Part shown: one piece after another, positions 37,925-47,843 of the stretch | Layout: every line of letters starts with the position of its first letter | How positions within the stretch are numbered: the first letter of the stretch is position 1 | DNA from: Candidatus Woesebacteria bacterium | GTDB lineage: Bacteria; Patescibacteriota; Microgenomatia; UBA8517 | NCBI GenBank assembly: GCA_016432365.1 | Contig: CP066686.1 | Location: forward strand, 192,355-256,354 | Length of the DNA: 64,000 nt | Direction of reading: 5' to 3' | The notes under the pieces: model-generated | The model's input: only the letters and a program-made list of their open reading frames with translations | The model's database searches: none | Told to the model about the DNA's origin: nothing | Made by a program: the position numbers and the translations under genes

Positions 37925-38266
37925 TTATTTGAAAGCAACCATGCTGATTTCTACTTCAGCACCGAGAGGAAGTTCTTTGACGCAGACAACTTCACGGGCG
38001 GGGTAGGGCTCTGATAAATATGTGGCGTAAACCTCATTTACTTTTCCATAACTTGCCATGTCTATTACATAAATTGTTGTTTTGACAACATTGGTGAAAG
38101 ATGTTCCAGCTTCTTTCAAAATCCCATCTAAATTTCTCATCACTTGGTGAACTTTCTCTTCCACAGTCCCTTCGAGAAGTTTTCCTTCTGGGGTTAAGTA
38201 AACCTGACCGGAGGTATAAATCAACCCGTTTGCCTCTCTGAATTTAGAAATTGGTACTCCGGCCAT
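37925..38266 (-). CDS. ridA: RidA/YjgF family reactive-intermediate deaminase
   Basis: 113 aa; YjgF-family C-terminal signature P.REVVCVKELPLGAEVEI. Confidence 0.8.
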   Translation of the reverse strand: MAGVPISKFREANGLIYTSGQVYLTPEGKLLEGTVEEKVHQVMRNLDGILKEAGTSFTNVVKTTIYVIDMASYGKVNEVYATYLSEPYPAREVVCVKELPLGAEVEISMVAFK

Positions 38267-38300
38267 ACGATTATTTTACTACCCCTGTATTTAAAAGCAA

Positions 38301-39245
38301 TTATTTTGAGGCTAAGAATGGAAATCTAAACTTGGTATAACATCCAGGGTAGGGTACATCGTGGCCTCCAAAAGAGCGTTTAAAATGGGTAAAACCCAAC
38401 CAACTTTTGTTAGGAAAGCGTTCATCGTAAACACCTTCAAAGTCGAAAACTTTACAACCCATCTTTTTAGCCCATAGTATACCTTGATAGAGGAGGGAGT
38501 ACTGGGAGAGGGAAGTGCGGCCTTCTTTATTTGTAAATCCATACCAATAATATGTGATATAGTTTGATACATCGTGTGAAGATATCGTGAAAAGCGCTCC
38601 ACCTATAATTCTGCTAGAAATATTGTGCGACGCAAGGAAAAGGGAGTGGTTTTGTGGAAAACTTTTTTTTATATTTAAAAGTTGTTCGGCGCTTGGTACA
38701 TATCTATCAAAATTAACAGAATTTTTCCATGCTTCGCGCCATTTTTCAATTTCTGCGGGGGTTGAATAAGACGAAATATAAAACCCCCCTACTCCCTTGC
38801 CGGCCATAGCTTTAGCGACGGCTGGCCCCGTTGGCTCGCCGCCCACGAAGTGATGCACTCTGCTAACAGCTAAGGCGGCTTTTCGGACCGCATACTTACA
38901 ATCTTTTGTAAAATTTGCGTAAATTTTTTCTTTTGACTGGGTTAAGTCGATTTGTAGCGTTTTAGACGGTAAATACGGGCTTTTTGATAGTTTGTAGCCT
39001 TGTATTACTAATAATTTAGCCTGAATTTCATCTTGAGGCTCTACAATTATCTGAAAGACTTTGTATCTATGTAGTAATACACTGATACAACCAAAATCGA
39101 CTTTTTCAGGTCTCTGGAGTTTCAAAATCGACCCAACCAACGGAAGTTTGCGAATAAAATAGTTTGTATTGTTAATTCGTTCAACAACCCAACCCTCAGA
39201 TGACAGATAGTTAGCGTAATTCTTTGTTTGTCGGATATCTGTCAT
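38301..39245 (-). CDS. FemAB-family peptidoglycan branch aminoacyl/peptidyl transferase (GNAT fold)
   Basis: 314 aa; FemAB signatures (ISSYSTPAEIEKW, FDFEGV...WLGFTHFKRSFGG). Confidence 0.7.
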   Translation of the reverse strand: MTDIRQTKNYANYLSSEGWVVERINNTNYFIRKLPLVGSILKLQRPEKVDFGCISVLLHRYKVFQIIVEPQDEIQAKLLVIQGYKLSKSPYLPSKTLQIDLTQSKEKIYANFTKDCKYAVRKAALAVSRVHHFVGGEPTGPAVAKAMAGKGVGGFYISSYSTPAEIEKWREAWKNSVNFDRYVPSAEQLLNIKKSFPQNHSLFLASHNISSRIIGGALFTISSHDVSNYITYYWYGFTNKEGRTSLSQYSLLYQGILWAKKMGCKVFDFEGVYDERFPNKSWLGFTHFKRSFGGHDVPYPGCYTKFRFPFLASK

Positions 39246-39358
39246 AAATTCGAAATTACAAATAACAAATTCGAAACAATATCTAAATTTCTAAGTTTTA
39301 AATATTCAGACATTAATATTTTGAATTTGTTTCGGATTTCTGATTTCGTACTTCGAAT

Positions 39359-40333
39359 TTAAAACCGGTGTTTCGATAGTCCGAAACTAGCTGCTAACTT
39401 AAGTGCTGGCCATCTTATCGATTCACCAATTTTATATATGTAGTACATTGGTTTGTTTATAATCAAATCCCATGTGCCCACAAATTCAATTACGCTAGGA
39501 TTGTAGCCTTCTTTAAATTTTGTAAACCCTTTGCCCTCCTCCCTCCCCCAAAGGTCAAATGTTCTCAAACCTTTTTTCTTCCCAAATCTAATTGCTTCCC
39601 ACATCATTAAGTTGTTGGCCATAACATTTTTGTGCTCTTCGGTAGAAGCGCCGTAGGGATAATATAGAAAGTCCTTCCAAACAAATAAAATCCAGGTGGT
39701 TATGATTTCTCCTTTGTAGCGGGCGGTGAGTAAGTGTGCGATTCCAGCCTTTTTTAAAATCTCCCACATTAATTTGTGATATCTGCGGGTATGGGCGTAG
39801 AATCCTTGACGACTGACGGTTTCTTCAGTTAATTCCAGGTACCTTTCAAATGCCTTATCGGAATTGTCTTCTTTAATGGTTACGCCGTTTTTTGTGGCGA
39901 CTCTAATGTTGTATCGGGTTTTGCTTGAAAAACTTTTCATTAGTTCTTCTTCGGACGGTGTGAGGTCAATCCAAAAAGTGGTGGGAGTGAAAACGGTTTT
40001 ACCGGGAACAGCACCATTTTTTGTTAAAAGATCTGTGGCCTTGAGTTTGTCTGCGCAAGCCATACCATCTTTTTTAATTGCGTAATTTGGCTCAAGTTTT
40101 ATAAAGATTAATCTATTTTCTTTACCGATTTTTATAAGATTCTTAATCATTCCCGGCGTTGGCATGGTCCCTTTTTCAAAAATGCCAACACGGTAGCTTG
40201 TAGCTGGTAGCTTGTGGGTGGTTATAATTCCATAAGGGGTTTCCAGAACTTCGTTCCCCCACTTGCGTCTAAACTCTGCCCACGCTGAAGTTTGTAGGGG
40301 GTGTGTAGCTATTTTGTCTAGATTGTTAATCAT
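39359..40333 (-). CDS. FemAB-family peptidoglycan branch aminoacyl/peptidyl transferase (second paralog)
   Basis: 324 aa; FemAB signatures (HPLQTSAWAEF, FDLWGREEGKGFTKFKEGY). Confidence 0.7.
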   Translation of the reverse strand: MINNLDKIATHPLQTSAWAEFRRKWGNEVLETPYGIITTHKLPATSYRVGIFEKGTMPTPGMIKNLIKIGKENRLIFIKLEPNYAIKKDGMACADKLKATDLLTKNGAVPGKTVFTPTTFWIDLTPSEEELMKSFSSKTRYNIRVATKNGVTIKEDNSDKAFERYLELTEETVSRQGFYAHTRRYHKLMWEILKKAGIAHLLTARYKGEIITTWILFVWKDFLYYPYGASTEEHKNVMANNLMMWEAIRFGKKKGLRTFDLWGREEGKGFTKFKEGYNPSVIEFVGTWDLIINKPMYYIYKIGESIRWPALKLAASFGLSKHRF

Positions 40334-42251
40334 CGTGTGGTAAATATTTTTCGATTATGTCGTCGAAAGTTCCCTTGATATCCTCTACAGAGTCCAATTT
40401 TAGATCATCCGGCTTTGAAAAACTATTCATACCGATGTTTTCAAGCAAATTTTCCGGTATGTCCATAATAAATCTGGAAGGAGGGTTACTTAGTCTTTCT
40501 CCAAAATAAAGCCGGGAGTTTGCATAAGTTAAATATAGAATTTCTTTGGCGCGCGTTATGCCAACGTAAGCCAGACGCCTCTCCTCTTCCAATTGATTGA
40601 CATCCATTAAGCTTCGGGAATGGGGAAATAAACCTTCTTCCATGCCGACAATAAAAACAATTGGGAATTCCAATCCTTTAGCCGCATGTAGGGTCATCAG
40701 GGTCACGGAATCTTTTGCGACTGAGACGGAGTTGACCGGTTTTTGAGTTGATTCTACAAGCGCAACATTTTCCAAAAAATCATTAATTGCCGGAAACTCG
40801 GTAGCTACACTTCTCAATTCTTTAATGTTTTCCAACCTGGCCAAATTTTCCTCCGACTCTTTTTGGAACAAAGAAAGATAATCGGTTTTTTGTATAACAA
40901 CATCCAGAATTTCTAAGGTAGTCATACCGTCCAGCCAGTTTTCCGGAAGCCCTGATCTAAATTCCTCGAGTTTTTCAAAACGCCTAACGCCTATTTTTTC
41001 GATTCTCTTTTTAGATACAGAGTCTTTTGGATTAACTGTATACTTCAAATAGCTAATAATATCTTTTACTTCTTTACGGTCATAAAACCTGGTCCCCCCT
41101 ACTAATGAATATGGGACCCCCGTGTGAAGAAGGGCCTCTTCAAGTACACGGGACTGGGCATTTGTTCTGTATAAGATTGCAATGTCGCCGTATTTTCTTC
41201 CGATTGTTAATAAATCGCCAATCTCTTCGGCCAAAAAGTCTGCCTCTGCGAATCCATTATTGGCGGCGTAAAGTTTTATTTTTGAACCAGAATGCTTATC
41301 TGTCCAAAGTTTTAAAATAGGATGGTTTGTATTTTTTGAAATAACCAAATTGGCGGCGTCAAGGATATTTTGAGTTGATCTGTAATTTTGCTCCAAATTA
41401 ATTATCTTGATGTCCGGGTAATCGCGGGTGAGCAGGGTAATATTTCGATAATCTGCCCCACGCCATGAATAGATCGATTGAGAAGCGTCCCCCACAGCTG
41501 TAATATTTCGATTTTTTCCGACCAATAGTTTTGTTAGGGCATATTGAATTTTATTTGTATCTTGCCATTCGTCGACAAAGATGTGTGTTAGGGTTGTCTG
41601 CCATTTTGTTAGAATTTCGGGAGATTCCTTAAAAAGCTGGACCGTTTTAATCATCAGGTCGTCAAAATCCAGCGCCCCAATCTCCTTAAGCATTTTTTCG
41701 TATTGCTCATAGACTTTAGCAACTACTTCTTGCCACTCGCCTCTAACAAAATTTTTGTATTCGGCTGGGGTCAACATCTGATTTTTGGCTTCTCCGATTC
41801 CATTTAAGATCGAGGCCGGAGCAAATTGATCGGTTGAAATATTCAGACCTTCCAAAATTTGCTTAACGGCATCCTTTTGGTCTTGGTCGTCGTAAATAAT
41901 GAAATTTGTCGGAATTCCAATATATTTTCCGTCAATTCTAAGAACTTTGGCACAAAAACTATGAAATGTTCCGGAGAAAACTGTTGACTGCTTGCCGTTG
42001 ACTGACGGCTGACCGAGTAGGTCGTTAATTCTTTGCCGCATCTCAGTTGCTGCTTTATTGGTGAATGTTAAAAGAAGTGCATTTTCAGGTTTAATTAAGC
42101 CTTGGGCAATAAAATAAGCAACACGGTGAGTTAAGACTTTTGTTTTCCCGCTCCCTGCTCCGGCCAAAACCAGAAGGGGTCCTGCGGTATAAGTTACAGC
42201 AGCGAGCTGATCTTTGTTTAAATCGTTTGTTAGCTTGCCTACGTCATTCAT
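40326..42251 (-). CDS. uvrD: ATP-dependent DNA helicase UvrD/PcrA (compact, 641 aa)
   Basis: SF1 motifs LAGAGSGKT, FVDEWQDTN, VGDASQSIYSWRGA, TLHAAKGLEFPIVF, AYVGITRAKE. Confidence 0.85.
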   Translation of the reverse strand: MNDVGKLTNDLNKDQLAAVTYTAGPLLVLAGAGSGKTKVLTHRVAYFIAQGLIKPENALLLTFTNKAATEMRQRINDLLGQPSVNGKQSTVFSGTFHSFCAKVLRIDGKYIGIPTNFIIYDDQDQKDAVKQILEGLNISTDQFAPASILNGIGEAKNQMLTPAEYKNFVRGEWQEVVAKVYEQYEKMLKEIGALDFDDLMIKTVQLFKESPEILTKWQTTLTHIFVDEWQDTNKIQYALTKLLVGKNRNITAVGDASQSIYSWRGADYRNITLLTRDYPDIKIINLEQNYRSTQNILDAANLVISKNTNHPILKLWTDKHSGSKIKLYAANNGFAEADFLAEEIGDLLTIGRKYGDIAILYRTNAQSRVLEEALLHTGVPYSLVGGTRFYDRKEVKDIISYLKYTVNPKDSVSKKRIEKIGVRRFEKLEEFRSGLPENWLDGMTTLEILDVVIQKTDYLSLFQKESEENLARLENIKELRSVATEFPAINDFLENVALVESTQKPVNSVSVAKDSVTLMTLHAAKGLEFPIVFIVGMEEGLFPHSRSLMDVNQLEEERRLAYVGITRAKEILYLTYANSRLYFGERLSNPPSRFIMDIPENLLENIGMNSFSKPDDLKLDSVEDIKGTFDDIIEKYLPHDD

Positions 42252-42269
42252 TACAAATACAATAGTAGC

Positions 42270-43238
42270 ATGAGTATTAAAAAAATTACCCTCTTGATAT
42301 TAGGCATCGCAGTTGTATTTTTTTTGATTTTCCTATATGTTTTTAGATCGCAAGTTCATATAGCTTCGAAATTTTTGTTTCCTGATATAGCTCAAGTGAG
42401 GTCTGATAGCAACCGCACCAACTTTTTGATTTTGGGTATTGGAGGAAAGGACCATACAGGAGGAGACCTAACCGACACAATAATGCTTGTTTCGGTAAAT
42501 CTAAAAGGTCAGGGAGTGGATGTAGTTTCAATTCCCAGGGATTTGTGGATTCCTGAAATCCGCGCCAAAATTAATAGCGCCTATCATTACGGAGGCACGG
42601 ACTTGGCAAAGTCTTCGGTAGAGAAGGTTACGGGAATAAAGATCCAATATTCAGCGATAGTGGACTTTTCAGCCTTTAAAGATATTGTAGATGCCCTTGG
42701 CGGAATTCAAGTGGATGTAGAAACAGGCTTCTCTGATAAATTGTATCCAATTGCTGGGCGGGAAAACGATACATGTAGCGGGGACAGAACTCTTGCCTGT
42801 CGTTATGAGACGGTAACTTTTGTACCCGGTCTTCAATTGATGAATGGCGACACAGCTTTAAAATTTGTCCGTTCGCGACACGCCGAAGGACCAGAGGGGA
42901 CAGATCAGGCGCGTGAGGCCCGACAACAAAAAGTTATAGATGCCATCAAGAATAAATTACTTACGCCTCAAATTTATCTTTCGTTGAATATGGACAAGGC
43001 AATATTTAATGTACTAAGAAATTCTGTCGAAACGGATGTTGATGATAAGACAGCAGCAATTATTGCCAGAAAAGTTTTTGATTCCAGAAATTCAATAAAT
43101 AAATATTTAATTCCGGACGGTTTTTTGATCAACCCCCCAATTACAAGTAGTTATGATAAACAATACGTCTTAATACCAAAAGAGGGTAATGGGAAATGGG
43201 AGGAGATTCAAAAATGGATCAGTAGACTTCTTAAGTAA
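42270..43238 (+). CDS. LCP family (LytR-CpsA-Psr) cell-wall glycopolymer ligase
   Basis: N-terminal TM; RTNFLILGIGGKDH, DTIMLVSV and SIPRDLW motifs. Confidence 0.8.
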   Translation: MSIKKITLLILGIAVVFFLIFLYVFRSQVHIASKFLFPDIAQVRSDSNRTNFLILGIGGKDHTGGDLTDTIMLVSVNLKGQGVDVVSIPRDLWIPEIRAKINSAYHYGGTDLAKSSVEKVTGIKIQYSAIVDFSAFKDIVDALGGIQVDVETGFSDKLYPIAGRENDTCSGDRTLACRYETVTFVPGLQLMNGDTALKFVRSRHAEGPEGTDQAREARQQKVIDAIKNKLLTPQIYLSLNMDKAIFNVLRNSVETDVDDKTAAIIARKVFDSRNSINKYLIPDGFLINPPITSSYDKQYVLIPKEGNGKWEEIQKWISRLLK

Positions 43239-43240
43239 AA

Positions 43241-44899
43241 ATGCGAGATCTATTAAAAAAAATACGCAAAGAACCCGTTTGGATACTTGTGGCGGTACTG
43301 GGTTGCATTATCTACTTTCTTTTTGATAGTCACATAATCAAACCCGACATAAACGGAAATTTAACAACAGGGGAAAGCACCTATGGAGATTTGCCGTTTC
43401 ATTTGGCGACTGTTTCCCGAATGGCCTACACTGGGACCCTTCCTCCGGAAAACCCATTATTTTCAGGAATTCCCTTGGTTTATCCATTTTTTATAAACTT
43501 TTTATCGGCTGTAATTGTGATTTGGGGATTTAGTCTCAGATCTTCAATAATTTTCCCGGGTATGATTTTTTCTATTCTCATGATCATATCTCTTTACTTT
43601 TTTTACAAAAAGTTGACCGGACGCAAGTCGGTCGCCTTTTTGGGAACACTTTTATTTTTCCTCAATGGTGGCCTTGGCTTCTATTATTTTTTGAAAGACG
43701 TTGCATTAAAGGGAAAACTTGAAAATTTTATAACCAACCCTGGCGCCTATCCGGATTACAGTCATTTATTCGGACAAAATATACAATGGTGTAATTTTTT
43801 ATCCCGGATATTGATTCCCGAACGGAGCGTCCTTTTGGGAATTCCGATGGGAATTTCTATTTTGTATATACTTTTTTTGAAGGAGAAAGAGGACAAAAAA
43901 AATTTAGATTGGTGGTTTATTTTAGCAGCAGTGTTAACAGGTCTTTTGCCGCTTTCCCATACTCATACGTTTATAGTTTTTAGTCTCTTGATTCCGTTTT
44001 TGGCTTTTTTTGAGTTGCGCATAAGTAATTGGAAAGAATGGTTAAAAAGATGGTCAATTTTTGGGGCGATAACTCTGGTGGTTGCAGTTCCGCAATTAAG
44101 GTTAATTTTTTTCCATTTAAATACCAGCTCGACCTTCTTTAAATATCACATCGGTTGGATGAGCAATCCGGGAATATTGGAATTTACAATGTTTTGGTGG
44201 AAAAATACGGGTGTATTAATTCCCCTATTAATTTCATCTCTATTTTTTATCAAAACCTACAAATTATTGACCAGACTGGTTTGGTTTTCGTTTTTTGTTT
44301 TTACAATCATAAATTTATTTATTTTCCAACCATTTGATTGGGACAACGTTAAGTTTCTTTTTTGGTTTGCAATCATCGCTTACGGGGCAATTGCTTTTCT
44401 TTTGGTAAAATTATGGCAGAGCAAAATCTTTTTTGGAAAAATACTCGCGGCAATTCTCGTTGCTTCACTAACTCTGTCTTCACTACTGTCTATATATCGT
44501 GAGATGAATGTAAGCTATCAGTTGTTTTCTAAGGAAGAGGTTGATTTAGGATCGTGGGTTAGGGAAAATACACCGTTTGATTCGTTATTTTTGACGGAGT
44601 TCACTCACAGGAGCTTTGCAAGCAACTTAGGCGGGAGAAAAATATTAATGGGCTATCAAGGTAGTCTTTGGGTTCACGGAATAAAATATGGGGACAGGGA
44701 AAGGGATATTAAAAATATATATTTAGGTGCCAGCGACGCGATGAACCTTTTGTATAAATATGATGTCGACTATGTTGTAATAGGTCCGGGAGAAAGGAAT
44801 GTGCTAAAAGCAAGCGAAGATTTTTTTATAGAAAATTTCTGTCTTGTTAAAGCTACTACAAATTACAGGATTTATTCTGTAAAATGCGGCATCGAATAA
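43241..44899 (+). CDS. Large polytopic membrane protein, probable GT-C-fold glycosyltransferase with C-terminal extracytoplasmic domain
   Basis: 552 aa, more than 10 TM helices, conserved-looking loop GESTYGDLPFHLAT; family not identifiable by eye. Confidence 0.4.
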   Translation: MRDLLKKIRKEPVWILVAVLGCIIYFLFDSHIIKPDINGNLTTGESTYGDLPFHLATVSRMAYTGTLPPENPLFSGIPLVYPFFINFLSAVIVIWGFSLRSSIIFPGMIFSILMIISLYFFYKKLTGRKSVAFLGTLLFFLNGGLGFYYFLKDVALKGKLENFITNPGAYPDYSHLFGQNIQWCNFLSRILIPERSVLLGIPMGISILYILFLKEKEDKKNLDWWFILAAVLTGLLPLSHTHTFIVFSLLIPFLAFFELRISNWKEWLKRWSIFGAITLVVAVPQLRLIFFHLNTSSTFFKYHIGWMSNPGILEFTMFWWKNTGVLIPLLISSLFFIKTYKLLTRLVWFSFFVFTIINLFIFQPFDWDNVKFLFWFAIIAYGAIAFLLVKLWQSKIFFGKILAAILVASLTLSSLLSIYREMNVSYQLFSKEEVDLGSWVRENTPFDSLFLTEFTHRSFASNLGGRKILMGYQGSLWVHGIKYGDRERDIKNIYLGASDAMNLLYKYDVDYVVIGPGERNVLKASEDFFIENFCLVKATTNYRIYSVKCGIE

Positions 44900-47334
44900 T
44901 AATGTTCACATTTATTAAAAGAATGTTAAGCAGTAGGATTTTTTTATTACTTTTTTTTGGTTTATTTTTTAGGGTCGTGCTCTCTTTTTTTGGGACATTG
45001 AATCTGGATCAGGGAACATTTGTTGCCTGGAGCATTAACCTTGCCCGGGATGGTTTTAGAAATTTCTATAACGGATGGAGTGATTATCTACCCGGATACC
45101 TTTATGTTCTTTGGCTCTTGGCGAAGATCAATCTGTTTGGGATATTTCCGACGTCAATTCTTTACAAACTACCGGCGATAATTTCCGACTTGTTGACTGG
45201 GCTTATTATTTATAAGATATTGCGTAAATCCAAGGGCGAAAAATGGGGACTTGTTGGAAGTGCTATTTATATTTTTAATCCTGCTGTTTTTGCAAACTCT
45301 GCTTTGTGGGGTCAGGTTGATTCTTTGACATCATTGTTCTCGGTGTTGTCTGTTTATCTATTGCCATTTAGTCTTCACCTTTCTGCTGTAGGTCTAGCGA
45401 TTGGAACCCTCGTAAAACCGCAAACAGCCTTTATTTTTCCTGTAATTCTGTTTTTACTAATCAAAAATAAGAAAAAGTTTTCAGATTTCCTGGTTTATGG
45501 TATCACGGGTTTAATTGTTTTTGTTGCCGGATTCATTCCTTTTTGGAACCACGGTAATTTGATATCTTTTATTTTTGAGAGATTGGGTTTATCTCTAAAT
45601 CAATACCCATATACTTCAGTAAACGCCTTTAATTTTTGGGGACTTATCGGGCTATGGAAACCTGACAATGTCGTCTTCCAAGTTTGTGGATATGTTTTAT
45701 TTATAGCTGCGACAGTGTTTTTATCCTTTAAATTGTGGAAACAAAAGAACCCTGAATATTATTTAACATCTTTTATATTTGCTGTAAGTTTTGTTTTTTT
45801 TACCCGGATGCACGAGAGACATCTTCTTCCATTATTTGCACCCCTTGCCATCGTAGCGATAGAGAATCCGGTTCTTATGATTCCTTATCTTAGTTTTTCT
45901 TTAACTTATGTTGCAAATCTTTACTATGCGTATGTTTGGATTTCATCTAACTTCAAAGAGGTGTTTTCTGATTTTTTTATCAAAATTCTTGAGCTTATTA
46001 ATATCGGATCAGTCTTTTTTATGTTTACCGTTATTGCTAAAAAAATAAATAAAACATGGTTGTGGTTTAAATATCCGTTTAATCGAGTATTTGGAAACAA
46101 AAAACAATCGATTGTAAAATACAAGTTACCTCAGAATAGTCTTTCTAAAAATAAAGCAAAATATATTTTAATTGGAATTTTGGCATTCGCATTTGTTACC
46201 AGAATATATAATTTAAATTCTCCTAAAACCGAATATTTTGATGAGGTTTACCACGCTTTTACCGCGAAGGTAATGATACACGCAGATGCCAACAAGGCTT
46301 GGGAATGGTGGAACACCCCGCCGGAAGGATTTGCTTACGAATGGACGCACCCACCTTTGGCAAAGTTGGGCATGGTAATGGGGATGAAAATATTTGGGGA
46401 AGATTCTTTTGGATGGAGAGTCCCCGGAGCAATTCTTGGTGTTGGATCGGTACTACTGGTTTATCTTTTAGCAAAATTTTTATTTAAAGATGAATTAACC
46501 GGGCTTTTGTCGGCTGCCGTCTTTTCTCTCGACGGACTGGTACTTGTAATGAGCAGGATAGGAATGAACGACAGTTATTTGCTGTTTTTTGTATTGCTGT
46601 CGATATATTTCTTTTTGCAGAAAAAAGATTTTCGGTCTGCAGTCTCATTTGGTTTGGCAATTTCTTCCAAGTGGTCGGCAATTTGGGCAATTCCAATTTT
46701 GGGGATTATCTGGCTAAAGAGGAAGAATAAATTTAGACTTTCAACTTTTGCGTTTTTTTTAGTTATTCCGTTTATCATATATCTTTCATCTTACATCCAG
46801 ATGTTCCTAACCGGTCATGGTCTTGATATCTGGTGGGGAATGCAGGAGCAGATGTGGTGGTATCACACGGGGCTAAAGGCAACTCATGCATATTCCTCTT
46901 CTTGGTGGAGTTGGCCTTTTTTGATTCGTCCTATTTATCTTTACACCTCCAATGAGGTGGCTGGTTGGGTTGCAAGAATCTATGCGATGGGCAATCCATT
47001 GGTTTTTTGGTTCGGTATGACCTCAGTTGTCATGGGATTCGTTTATGCGTTCATGGAAAAAAATAAAAAGATTGGATTTGTCGTATTTAGTTATCTGATA
47101 TTTTTTGTTCCTTGGGCACTCTCCCCGAGAATAATGTTTTTATATCATTACCTTCCTTCAATTCCTTTCTTAGCGATAGCAATTGGGTATATTCTACGCC
47201 GTAACCCCAAGTTGATTTTCCCGTTCTTAGTTTTTAGCTTTTCGCTTTTCCTTTACTTTTATCCTCATTGGATCGGTCTTCAAATCCCGTTATGGTTAGA
47301 CAGGGGCTACTATTGGGTAGCCTCATGGCGTTGA
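44884..47334 (+). CDS. Double GT-C membrane glycosyltransferase: N-terminal mannosyltransferase-like (DUF2029/PIG-M-like) module + C-terminal GT39 PMT/ArnT-like module (DEVYHA motif)
   Basis: 816 aa with about 20 TM helices. Second half begins with a TM then FDEVYHAFTAKVM (the DE motif of PMT-type enzymes). Alternative ATG at 44902. Confidence 0.55.
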   Translation: MRHRIIMFTFIKRMLSSRIFLLLFFGLFFRVVLSFFGTLNLDQGTFVAWSINLARDGFRNFYNGWSDYLPGYLYVLWLLAKINLFGIFPTSILYKLPAIISDLLTGLIIYKILRKSKGEKWGLVGSAIYIFNPAVFANSALWGQVDSLTSLFSVLSVYLLPFSLHLSAVGLAIGTLVKPQTAFIFPVILFLLIKNKKKFSDFLVYGITGLIVFVAGFIPFWNHGNLISFIFERLGLSLNQYPYTSVNAFNFWGLIGLWKPDNVVFQVCGYVLFIAATVFLSFKLWKQKNPEYYLTSFIFAVSFVFFTRMHERHLLPLFAPLAIVAIENPVLMIPYLSFSLTYVANLYYAYVWISSNFKEVFSDFFIKILELINIGSVFFMFTVIAKKINKTWLWFKYPFNRVFGNKKQSIVKYKLPQNSLSKNKAKYILIGILAFAFVTRIYNLNSPKTEYFDEVYHAFTAKVMIHADANKAWEWWNTPPEGFAYEWTHPPLAKLGMVMGMKIFGEDSFGWRVPGAILGVGSVLLVYLLAKFLFKDELTGLLSAAVFSLDGLVLVMSRIGMNDSYLLFFVLLSIYFFLQKKDFRSAVSFGLAISSKWSAIWAIPILGIIWLKRKNKFRLSTFAFFLVIPFIIYLSSYIQMFLTGHGLDIWWGMQEQMWWYHTGLKATHAYSSSWWSWPFLIRPIYLYTSNEVAGWVARIYAMGNPLVFWFGMTSVVMGFVYAFMEKNKKIGFVVFSYLIFFVPWALSPRIMFLYHYLPSIPFLAIAIGYILRRNPKLIFPFLVFSFSLFLYFYPHWIGLQIPLWLDRGYYWVASWR

Positions 47335-47380
47335 GACAGACGTTTGACGACAGAAGTATGAAGTCTGATAATGAATTTAG

Positions 47381-47770
47381 ATGGAAGAAATAGGAAGACC
47401 GATTATAAAGAGTTTCAAAGATTTAGAGATTTACACGGAAAGTTTTCAACTTCAGATAGAGATTGAAGAATTACTAAAAACATTTCCAGAACTAGAGAGG
47501 TATCTATTGGTTGATCAAATGAGAAGGTGTTGCCGGTCAATTCCCGCAATAATATCAGAAGGATGGGCGCTGCGTGATTCGGTGAAGGAGTTTAAGAATT
47601 TTTTACGAAGAGCTTACGGAAGTAATTGTGAAATGATAAACCACCTTATGCTTGCGAAGTATAAGAGTTATATAAAAATGGATGGTTATGCAGACGAACT
47701 TATAAAAAGATATGAAATATTGGGAATGAAAATCACTAAACTTCGAAACAATTGGCAGAAATTTAAATAG
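47381..47770 (+). CDS. Four-helix-bundle protein of the 23S-rRNA intervening-sequence family (TIGR02436-like)
   Basis: 129 aa; IKSFKDLEIYTESFQLQIEIEELLKTFPELERYLLVDQMRRCCRSIPAIISEGWAL...FKNFLRRAYGSNCEMINHLMLAKY fits the family pattern SF.DL.V......L...IY.LT..FP..E.Y.L..Q.RRA..SI..NIAEG. Confidence 0.65.
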   Translation: MEEIGRPIIKSFKDLEIYTESFQLQIEIEELLKTFPELERYLLVDQMRRCCRSIPAIISEGWALRDSVKEFKNFLRRAYGSNCEMINHLMLAKYKSYIKMDGYADELIKRYEILGMKITKLRNNWQKFK

Positions 47771-47843
47771 ATTCAACCTTCCATTTTCGTATTTCAGTCT
47801 TCGTTTCTGTCTTCAAAACTCGAACATCTGTCTTCGTATTTTT

